In this document: positions 52,901 to 64,000 of the stretch, piece after piece
Layout of the letters: each line of letters begins with the position of its first letter
How positions within the stretch are numbered: the stretch's first letter is position 1
Assembly: GCA_964057225.1 (NCBI GenBank)
Contig: OZ059900.1
Coordinates: 4,774,001-4,838,000, forward strand
Direction of reading: 5' to 3'
Source: Auanema rhodensis
Lineage: Eukaryota; Animalia; Nematoda
Length of the DNA stretch: 64,000 nt
Position numbers and translations under genes: made by a program
Notes under the pieces: generated by a model
Database searches by the model: none
What the model was told of the DNA's origin: nothing
The model's input: the letters and a program-made list of their open reading frames with translations, nothing else

Positions 52901-55900
52901 GACTAATATGACCATGGGAAATTCATTTAAGTTCACAGTATTCTTTTATCTTTAACGGTATCCGAGTTACAAATCAAGATCACTTTCTTTGGATACTTAG
53001 GTGGTATAGCTACCTGTTCACAAAAAATTGGAAGTCTTGGTTACCATGCATCAAATCCTTTGAGATAGTGTTTCTAGACTAATATAACCATGGGGACTTC
53101 ATCAAATTTTACAGTATTCTTCTATCTTCAACGGTATCCGAGTTACAAATCAAGATCACTTTCTTTGGATACTTAGGTGGTATAGCTACCTGTTCACAAA
53201 AAATTGGAAGTCCTGGTTACCATGCATCAAACCCATTAAAATTGTGTTTCTAGACTAATATGACCATGGGAAATTCATTTAAGTTTACAGTATTCTTCTA
53301 TCTTTAACGGTATCCGAGTAACAAATCAAGATCACTTTCTTTGGATACTTAGGTGGTATAGCTACCTGTTCACAAAAAATTGGAAGTTTTGGTTACCATG
53401 CATCAAATCCTTTAAGATAGTGTTTCTAGACTAATATAACCATGGGGACTTCATCAAATTTTACAGTATTCTTCTATCTTTAACGGTATCCGAGTTACAA
53501 ATCAAGATCACTTTCTTTGGATACTTAGGTGGTATAGCTACCTGTTCACAAAAAATTGGAAGTCCTGGTTACCATGCATCAAACCCATTAAAATTGTGTT
53601 TCTAGACTAATATGACCATGGGAAATTTATTTAAGTTCACAGTATTCTTTTATCTTCAACGGTATCCGAGTTACAAATCAAGATCACTTTCTTTGGATAC
53701 TTATGTGGTATAGCTACCTGTTCACAAAAAATTGGAAGTCTTGGTTACCATGCATCAAATCCTTTAAGATAGTGTTTCTAGACTAATATAACCATGGGGA
53801 CTTCATCAAATTTCACAGTATTCTTCTATCTTTAACGGTATCCGAGTTACAAATCAAGATCACTTTCTTTGGATACTTAGGTGGTATAGCTACCTGTTCA
53901 CAAAAAATTGGAAGTCCTGGTTACCATGCATCAAACCCATTAAGATTGTGTTTCTAGACTAATATAACCATGGGAAATTCATTTAAGTTCACAGTATTCT
54001 TCTATCTTTAACGGTATCCGAGTTACAAATCAAGATCACTTTCTTTGGATACTTAGGTGGTATAGCTACCTGTTCACAAAAAATTGGAAGTCTTGGTTAC
54101 CATGCATCAAACACAATACGATAGTGTTTCTAGACTAATATGACCATGGGAAATTCATTTAAGTTCACAGTATTCTTCTATCTTTAACGGTATCCGAGTT
54201 ACAAATCAAGATCACTTTCTTTGGATACTTAGGTGGTATAGCTACCTGTTCACAAAAAATTGGAAGTCTTGGTTACCATGCATCAAACACAATACGATAG
54301 TGTTTCTAGACTAATATGACCATGGGAAATTCATTTAAGTTCACAGTATTCTTTTATCTTTAACGGTATCCGAGTTACAAATCAAGATCACTTTCTTTGG
54401 ATACTTAGGTGGTATAGCTACCTGTTCACAAAAAATTGGAAGTCTTGGTTACCATGCATCAAATCCTTTGAGATAGTGTTTCTAGACTAATATAACCATG
54501 GGGACTTCATCAAATTTCACAGTATTCTTCTATCTTCAACGGTATCCGAGTTACAAATCAAGATCACTTTCTTTGGATACTTAGGTGGTATAGCTACCTG
54601 TTCACAAAAAATTGGAAGTCCTGGTTACCATGCATCAAACCCATTAAAATTGTGTTTCTAGACTAATATGACCATGGGAAATTCATTTAAGTTTACAGTA
54701 TTCTTCTATCTTTAACGGTATCCGAGTAACAAATCAAGATCACTTTCTTTGGATACTTAGGTGGTATAGCTACCTGTTCACAAAAAATTGGAAGTTTTGG
54801 TTACCATGCATCAAATCCTTTAAGATAGTGTTTCTAGACTAATATAACCATGGGGACTTCATCAAATTTTACAGTATTCTTCTATCTTTAACGGTATCCG
54901 AGTTACAAATCAAGATCACTTTCTTTGGATACTTAGGTGGTATAGCTACCTGTTCACAAAAAATTGGAAGTCCTGGTTACCATGCATCAAACCCATTAAA
55001 ATTGTGTTTCTAGACTAATATGACCATGGGAAATTTATTTAAGTTCACAGTATTCTTTTATCTTCAACGGTATCCGAGTTACAAATCAAGATCACTTTCT
55101 TTGGATACTTATGTGGTATAGCTACCTGTTCACAAAAAATTGGAAGTCTTGGTTACCATGCATCAAATCCTTTAAGATAGTGTTTCTAGACTAATATAAC
55201 CATGGGGACTTCATCAAATTTCACAGTATTCTTCTATCTTTAACGGTATCCGAGTTACAAATCAAGATCACTTTCTTTGGATACTTAGGTGGTATAGCTA
55301 CCTGTTCACAAAAAATTGGAAGTCCTGGTTACCATGCATCAAACCCATTAAGATTGTGTTTCTAGACTAATATAACCATGGGAAATTCATTTAAGTTCAC
55401 AGTATTCTTCTATCTTTAACGGTATCCGAGTTACAAATCAAGATCACTTTCTTTGGATACTTAGGTGGTATAGCTACCTGTTCACAAAAAATTGGAAGTC
55501 TTGGTTACCATGCATCAAACACAATACGATAGTGTTTCTAGACTAATATGACCATGGGAAATTCATTTAAGTTCACAGTATTCTTTTATCTTTAACGGTA
55601 TCCGAGTTACAAATCAAGATCACTTTCTTTGGATACTTAGGTGGTATAGCTACCTGTTCACAAAAAATTGGAAGTCTTGGTTACCATGCATCAAATCCTT
55701 TGAGATAGTGTTTCTAGACTAATATAACCATGGGGACTTCATCAAATTTCACAGTATTCTTCTATCTTCAACGGTATCCGAGTTACAAATCAAGATCACT
55801 TTCTTTGGATACTTAGGTGGTATAGCTACCTGTTCACAAAAAATTGGAAGTCCTGGTTACCATGCATCAAACCCATTAAAATTGTGTTTCTAGACTAATA

Positions 55901-58900
55901 TGACCATGGGAAATTCATTTAAGTTTACAGTATTCTTCTATCTTTAACGGTATCCGAGTAACAAATCAAGATCACTTTCTTTGGATACTTAGGTGGTATA
56001 GCTACCTGTTCACAAAAAATTGGAAGTTTTGGTTACCATGCATCAAATCCTTTAAGATAGTGTTTCTAGACTAATATAACCATGGGGACTTCATCAAATT
56101 TTACAGTATTCTTCTATCTTTAACGGTATCCGAGTTACAAATCAAGATCACTTTCTTTGGATACTTAGGTGGTATAGCTACCTGTTCACAAAAAATTGGA
56201 AGTCCTGGTTACCATGCATCAAACCCATTAAAATTGTGTTTCTAGACTAATATGACCATGGGAAATTTATTTAAGTTCACAGTATTCTTTTATCTTCAAC
56301 GGTATCCGAGTTACAAATCAAGATCACTTTCTTTGGATACTTATGTGGTATAGCTACCTGTTCACAAAAAATTGGAAGTCTTGGTTACCATGCATCAAAT
56401 CCTTTAAGATAGTGTTTCTAGACTAATATAACCATGGGGACTTCATCAAATTTCACAGTATTCTTCTATCTTTAACGGTATCCGAGTTACAAATCAAGAT
56501 CACTTTCTTTGGATACTTAGGTGGTATAGCTACCTGTTCACAAAAAATTGGAAGTCCTGGTTACCATGCATCAAACCCATTAAGATTGTGTTTCTAGACT
56601 AATATAACCATGGGAAATTCATTTAAGTTCACAGTATTCTTCTATCTTTAACGGTATCCGAGTTACAAATCAAGATCACTTTCTTTGGATACTTAGGTGG
56701 TATAGCTACCTGTTCACAAAAAATTGGAAGTCTTGGTTACCATGCATCAAACACAATACGATAGTGTTTCTAGACTAATATGACCATGGGAAATTCATTT
56801 AAGTTCACAGTATTCTTTTATCTTTAACGGTATCCGAGTTACAAATCAAGATCACTTTCTTTGGATACTTAGGTGGTATAGCTACCTGTTCACAAAAAAT
56901 TGGAAGTCTTGGTTACCATGCATCAAATCCTTTGAGATAGTGTTTCTAGACTAATATAACCATGGGGACTTCATCAAATTTCACAGTATTCTTCTATCTT
57001 CAACGGTATCCGAGTTACAAATCAAGATCACTTTCTTTGGATACTTAGGTGGTATAGCTACCTGTTCACAAAAAATTGGAAGTCCTGGTTACCATGCATC
57101 AAACCCATTAAAATTGTGTTTCTAGACTAATATGACCATGGGAAATTCATTTAAGTTTACAGTATTCTTCTATCTTTAACGGTATCCGAGTAACAAATCA
57201 AGATCACTTTCTTTGGATACTTAGGTGGTATAGCTACCTGTTCACAAAAAATTGGAAGTTTTGGTTACCATGCATCAAATCCTTTAAGATAGTGTTTCTA
57301 GACTAATATAACCATGGAGACTTCATCAAATTTTACAGTATTCTTCTATCTTTAACGGTATCCGAGTTACAAATCAAGATCACTTTCTTTGGATACTTAG
57401 GTGGTATAGCTACCTGTTCACAAAAAATTGGAAGTCCTGGTTACCATGCATCAAACCCATTAAGATTGTGTTTCTAGACTAATATGACCATGGGAAATTC
57501 ATTTAAGTTCACAGTATTCTTCTATCTTCAACGGTATCCGAGTTACAAATCAAGATCACTTTCTTTGGATACTTAGGTGGTATAGCTACCTGTTCACAAA
57601 AAATTGGAAGTCCTGGTTACCATGCATCAAACCCATTAAGATTGTGTTTCTAGACTAATATGACCATGGGAAATTCATTTAAGTTCACAGTATTCTTCTA
57701 TCTTTAACGGTATCCGAGTTACAAATCAAGATCACTTTCTTTGGATACTTAGGTGGTATAGCTACCTGTTCACAAAAAATTGGAAGTCTTGGTTACCATG
57801 CATCAAATCCTTTGAGATAGTGTTTCTAGACTAATATAACCATGGGGACTTCATCAAATTTCACAGTATTCTTCTATCTTCAACGGTATCCGAGTTACAA
57901 ATCAAGATCACTTTCTTTGGATACTTAGGTGGTATAGCTACCTGTTCACAAAAAATTGGAAGTCTTGGTTACCATGCATCAAACACAATACGATAGTGTT
58001 TCTAGACTAATATGACCATGGGAAATTCATTTAAGTTTACAGTATTCTTCTATCTTTAACGGTATCCGAGTAACAAATCAAGATCACTTTCTTTGGATAC
58101 TTAGGTGGTATAGCTACCTGTTCACAAAAAATTGGAAGTTTTGGTTACCATGCATCAAATCCTTTAAGATAGTGTTTCTAGACTAATATAACCATGGGGA
58201 CTTCATCAAATTTTACAGTATTCTTCTATCTTTAACGGTATCCGAGTTACAAATCAAGATCACTTTCTTTGGATACTTAGGTGGTATAGCTACCTGTTCA
58301 CAAAAAATTGGAAGTCCTGGTTACCATGCATCAAACCCATTAAAATTGTGTTTCTAGACTAATATGACCATGGGAAATTTATTTAAGTTCACAGTATTCT
58401 TTTATCTTCAACGGTATCCGAGTTACAAATCAAGATCACTTTCTTTGGATACTTATGTGGTATAGCTACCTGTTCACAAAAAATTGGAAGTCTTGGTTAC
58501 CATGCATCAAATCCTTTAAGATAGTGTTTCTAGACTAATATAACCATGGGGACTTCATCAAATTTCACAGTATTCTTCTATCTTTAACGGTATCCGAGTT
58601 ACAAATCAAGATCACTTTCTTTGGATACTTAGGTGGTATAGCTACCTGTTCACAAAAAATTGGAAGTCCTGGTTACCATGCATCAAACCCATTAAGATTG
58701 TGTTTCTAGACTAATATAACCATGGGAAATTCATTTAAGTTCACAGTATTCTTCTATCTTTAACGGTATCCGAGTTACAAATCAAGATCACTTTCTTTGG
58801 ATACTTAGGTGGTATAGCTACCTGTTCACAAAAAATTGGAAGTCTTGGTTACCATGCATCAAACACAATACGATAGTGTTTCTAGACTAATATGACCATG

Positions 58901-61900
58901 GGAAATTCATTTAAGTTCACAGTATTCTTTTATCTTTAACGGTATCCGAGTTACAAATCAAGATCACTTTCTTTGGATACTTAGGTGGTATAGCTACCTG
59001 TTCACAAAAAATTGGAAGTCTTGGTTACCATGCATCAAATCCTTTGAGATAGTGTTTCTAGACTAATATAACCATGGGGACTTCATCAAATTTCACAGTA
59101 TTCTTCTATCTTCAACGGTATCCGAGTTACAAATCAAGATCACTTTCTTTGGATACTTAGGTGGTATAGCTACCTGTTCACAAAAAATTGGAAGTCCTGG
59201 TTACCATGCATCAAACCCATTAAAATTGTGTTTCTAGACTAATATGACCATGGGAAATTCATTTAAGTTTACAGTATTCTTCTATCTTTAACGGTATCCG
59301 AGTAACAAATCAAGATCACTTTCTTTGGATACTTAGGTGGTATAGCTACCTGTTCACAAAAAATTGGAAGTTTTGGTTACCATGCATCAAATCCTTTAAG
59401 ATAGTGTTTCTAGACTAATATAACCATGGGGACTTCATCAAATTTTACAGTATTCTTCTATCTTTAACGGTATCCGAGTTACAAATCAAGATCACTTTCT
59501 TTGGATACTTAGGTGGTATAGCTACCTGTTCACAAAAAATTGGAAGTCCTGGTTACCATGCATCAAACCCATTAAAATTGTGTTTCTAGACTAATATGAC
59601 CATGGGAAATTTATTTAAGTTCACAGTATTCTTCTATCTTTAACGGTATCCGAGTTACAAATCAAGATCACTTTCTTTGGATACTTAGGTGGTATAGCTA
59701 CCTGTTCACAAAAAATTGGAAGTCCTGGTTACCATGCATCAAACCCATTAAGATTGTGTTTCTAGACTAATATAACCATGGGAAATTCATTTAAGTTCAC
59801 AGTATTCTTCTATCTTTAACGGTATCCGAGTTACAAATCAAGATCACTTTCTTTGGATACTTAGGTGGTATAGCTACCTGTTCACAAAAAATTGGAAGTC
59901 TTGGTTACCATGCATCAAACACAATACGATAGTGTTTCTAGACTAATATGACCATGGGAAATTCATTTAAGTTCACAGTATTCTTTTATCTTTAACGGTA
60001 TCCGAGTTACAAATCAAGATCACTTTCTTTGGATACTTAGGTGGTATAGCTACCTGTTCACAAAAAATTGGAAGTCTTGGTTACCATGCATCAAATCCTT
60101 TAAGATAGTGTTTCTAGACTAATATAACCATGGGGACTTCATCAAATTTCACAGTATTCTTCTATCTTTAACGGTATCCGAGTTACAAATCAAGATCACT
60201 TTCTTTGGATACTTAGGTGGTATAGCTACCTGTTCACAAAAAATTGGAAGTCCTGGTTACCATGCATCAAACCCATTAAGATTGTGTTTCTAGACTAATA
60301 TAACCATGGGAAATTCATTTAAGTTCACAGTATTCTTCTATCTTTAACGGTATCCGAGTTACAAATCAAGATCACTTTCTTTGGATACTTAGGTGGTATA
60401 GCTACCTGTTCACAAAAAATTGGAAGTCTTGGTTACCATGCATCAAACACAATACAATAGTGTTTCTAGACTAATATGACCATGGGAAATTCATTTAAGT
60501 TCACAGTATTCTTTTATCTTTAACGGTATCCGAGTTACAAATCAAGATCACTTTCTTTGGATACTTAGGTGGTATAGCTACCTGTTCACAAAAAATTGGA
60601 AGTCTTGGTTACCATGCATCAAATCCTTTGAGATAGTGTTTCTAGACTAATATAACCATGGGGACTTCATCAAATTTCACAGTATTCTTCTATCTTCAAC
60701 GGTATCCGAGTTACAAATCAAGATCACTTTCTTTGGATACTTAGGTGGTATAGCTACCTGTTCACAAAAAATTGGAAGTCCTGGTTACCATGCATCAAAC
60801 CCATTAAAATTGTGTTTCTAGACTAATATGACCATGGGAAATTCATTTAAGTTTACAGTATTCTTCTATCTTTAACGGTATCCGAGTAACAAATCAAGAT
60901 CACTTTCTTTGGATACTTAGGTGGTATAGCTACCTGTTCACAAAAAATTGGAAGTTTTGGTTACCATGCATCAAATCCTTTAAGATAGTGTTTCTAGACT
61001 AATATAACCATGGGGACTTCATCAAATTTTACAGTATTCTTCTATCTTTAACGGTATCCGAGTTACAAATCAAGATCACTTTCTTTGGATACTTAGGTGG
61101 TATAGCTACCTGTTCACAAAAAATTGGAAGTCCTGGTTACCATGCATCAAACCCATTAAAATTGTGTTTCTAGACTAATATGACCATGGGAAATTTATTT
61201 AAGTTCACAGTATTCTTTTATCTTCAACGGTATCCGAGTTACAAATCAAGATCACTTTCTTTGGATACTTATGTGGTATAGCTACCTGTTCACAAAAAAT
61301 TGGAAGTCTTGGTTACCATGCATCAAACACAATACGATAGTGTTTCTAGACTAATATGACCATGGGAAATTCATTTAAGTTCACAGTATTCTTTTATCTT
61401 TAACGGTATCCGAGTTACAAATCAAGATCACTTTCTTTGGATACTTAGGTGGTATAGCTACCTGTTCACAAAAAATTGGAAGTCTTGGTTACCATGCATC
61501 AAATCCTTTGAGATAGTGTTTCTAGACTAATATAACCATGGGGACTTCATCAAATTTCACAGTATTCTTCTATCTTCAACGGTATCCGAGTTACAAATCA
61601 AGATCACTTTCTTTGGATACTTAGGTGGTATAGCTACCTGTTCACAAAAAATTGGAAGTCCTGGTTACCATGCATCAAACCCATTAAAATTGTGTTTCTA
61701 GACTAATATGACCATGGGAAATTCATTTAAGTTTACAGTATTCTTCTATCTTTAACGGTATCCGAGTAACAAATCAAGATCACTTTCTTTGGATACTTAG
61801 GTGGTATAGCTACCTGTTCACAAAAAATTGGAAGTTTTGGTTACCATGCATCAAATCCTTTAAGATAGTGTTTCTAGACTAATATAACCATGGGGACTTC

Positions 61901-62752
61901 ATCAAATTTTACAGTATTCTTCTATCTTTAACGGTATCCGAGTTACAAATCAAGATCACTTTCTTTGGATACTTAGGTGGTATAGCTACCTGTTCACAAA
62001 AAATTGGAAGTCCTGGTTACCATGCATCAAACCCATTAAAATTGTGTTTCTAGACTAATATGACCATGGGAAATTTATTTAAGTTCACAGTATTCTTTTA
62101 TCTTCAACGGTATCCGAGTTACAAATCAAGATCACTTTCTTTGGATACTTATGTGGTATAGCTACCTGTTCACAAAAAATTGGAAGTCTTGGTTACCATG
62201 CATCAAATCCTTTAAGATAGTGTTTCTAGACTAATATAACCATGGGGACTTCATCAAATTTCACAGTATTCTTCTATCTTTAACGGTATCCGAGTTACAA
62301 ATCAAGATCACTTTCTTTGGATACTTAGGTGGTATAGCTACCTGTTCACAAAAAATTGGAAGTCCTGGTTACCATGCATCAAACCCATTAAGATTGTGTT
62401 TCTAGACTAATATAACCATGGGAAATTCATTTAAGTTCACAGTATTCTTCTATCTTTAACGGTATCCGAGTTACAAATCAAGATCACTTTCTTTGGATAC
62501 TTAGGTGGTATAGCTACCTGTTCACAAAAAATTGGAAGTCCTGGTTACCATGCATCAAACCCATTAAGATTGTGTTTCTAGACTAATATGACCATGGGAA
62601 ATTCATTTAAGTTCACAGTATTCTTCTATCTTTAACGGTATCCGAGTTACAAATCAAGATCACTTTCTTTGGATACTTAGGTGGTATAGCTACCTGTTCA
62701 CAAAAAATTGGAAGTCTTGGTTACCATGCATCAAATCCTTTGAGATAGTGTT
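46913..62752. repeat. 7-monomer (1232-bp) HOR array with 5-, 8- and 9-monomer structural variants
   Basis: The GAGTAAC marker, linked to AAGTTTTGG, is at 47336, 48216, 49448, 50856, 52088, 53320, 54728, 55960, 57192, 58072, 59304, 60888, 61768 and 63880. Spacings are 5,7,8,7,7,8,7,7,5,7,9,5,12 monomers. Confidence 0.92.
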
Positions 62753-64000
62753 TCTAGACTAATATAACCATGGGGACTTCATCAAATTTTACAGTATTCT
62801 TCTATCTTTAACGGTATCCGAGTTACAAATCAAGATCACTTTCTTTGGATACTTAGGTGGTATAGCTACCTGTTCACAAAAAATTGGAAGTCCTGGTTAC
62901 CATGCATCAAACCCATTAAGATTGTGTTTCTAGACTAATATGACCATGGGAAATTCATTTAAGTTCACAGTATTCTTCTATCTTCAACGGTATCCGAGTT
63001 ACAAATCAAGATCACTTTCTTTGGATACTTAGGTGGTATAGCTACCTGTTCACAAAAAATTGGAAGTCCTGGTTACCATGCATCAAACCCATTAAGATTG
63101 TGTTTCTAGACTAATATGACCATGGGAAATTCATTTAAGTTCACAGTATTCTTCTATCTTTAACGGTATCCGAGTTACAAATCAAGATCACTTTCTTTGG
63201 ATACTTAGGTGGTATAGCTACCTGTTCACAAAAAATTGGAAGTCCTGGTTACCATGCATCAAACCCATTAAAATTGTGTTTCTAGACTAATATGACCATG
63301 GGAAATTTATTTAAGTTCACAGTATTCTTTTATCTTCAACGGTATCCGAGTTACAAATCAAGATCACTTTCTTTGGATACTTATGTGGTATAGCTACCTG
63401 TTCACAAAAAATTGGAAGTCTTGGTTACCATGCATCAAATCCTTTAAGATAGTGTTTCTAGACTAATATGACCATGGGAAATTCATTTAAGTTCACAGTA
63501 TTCTTCTATCTTTAACGGTATCCGAGTTACAAATCAAGATCACTTTCTTTGGATACTTAGGTGGTATAGCTACCTGTTCACAAAAAATTGGAAGTCTTGG
63601 TTACCATGCATCAAATCCTTTGAGTAAGTGTTTCTAGACTAATATAACCATGGGGACTTCATCAAATTTCACAGTATTCTTCTATCTTCAACGGTATCCG
63701 AGTTACAAATCAAGATCACTTTCTTTGGATACTTAGGTGGTATAGCTACCTGTTCACAAAAAATTGGAAGTCCTGGTTACCATGCATCAAACCCATTAAA
63801 ATTGTGTTTCTAGACTAATATGACCATGGGAAATTCATTTAAGTTTACAGTATTCTTCTATCTTTAACGGTATCCGAGTAACAAATCAAGATCACTTTCT
63901 TTGGATACTTAGGTGGTATAGCTACCTGTTCACAAAAAATTGGAAGTTTTGGTTACCATGCATCAAATCCTTTAAGATAGTGTTTCTAGACTAATATAAC

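Larger units (their letters stand above)
1..64000. repeat. Tandem satellite DNA array, 176-bp monomer, ~364 copies, running off both window ends (candidate centromeric/pericentromeric satellite)
   Basis: TCTAGA occurs at 145 and 321, then at 627+176k up to ~26.3 kb, and at 625+176k after two 1-bp deletions. The consensus has 62 G+C in 176 bp (35%). There is one orientation throughout and no non-satellite sequence was seen. Confidence 0.99.

Noticed and set aside
1-64000. CRISPR-like or antigenic-variation cassette reading (constant core alternating with variable block)
   Set aside because: The variable blocks are homologous substitution variants of one sequence, not unique spacers. Unit sizes do not fit CRISPR, and there are no cas genes, recombinase or expression locus in the window.
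1-64000. Tandem 5S rRNA, tRNA, snRNA or spliced-leader gene array
   Set aside because: I recognised no 5S or tRNA sequence, cloverleaf or Pol III A/B boxes on either strand. An Infernal/Rfam scan of a dimer would be decisive.

Overview
The whole 64-kb window is one uninterrupted head-to-tail satellite array of about 364 copies of a 176-bp monomer (about 35% GC), all in the same orientation. Consensus from the XbaI site: TCTAGACTAATATGACCATGGGAAATTCATTTAAGTTCACAGTATTCTTCTATCTTTAACGGTATCCGAGTTACAAATCAAGATCACTTTCTTTGGATACTTAGGTGGTATAGCTACCTGTTCACAAAAAATTGGAAGTCCTGGTTACCATGCATCAAACCCATTAAGATTGTGTT. I saw no genes, RNA genes, transposon insertions, inversions or unique sequence. The three 61-aa ORFs are incidental stop-loss variants of the monomer. 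Only three length changes occur: a 46-bp deletion at ~456 and the same 1-bp deletion at 26488 and 28247. The monomer length, homogeneity and organisation are typical of eukaryotic (peri)centromeric satellite DNA, but the organism and centromere function cannot be established from sequence alone. The interesting signal lies in how monomer variants are ordered. Higher-order repeats (HORs) change along the array: a dimer at ~1.7-12.6 kb, a trimer at ~25.6-28.8 kb, and a young 7-mer at ~47-62.7 kb with an (8,7,7)x2 super-period. Block duplications of 9, 10, 13, 16-17, 37, 50, 56 and ~130-136 monomers can be traced through rare shared variants. Each monomer divides into a near-invariant core containing inverted repeats and a variable block made of a few discrete haplotypes. 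I found no evidence for a new protein-coding system. All counts were made by eye.
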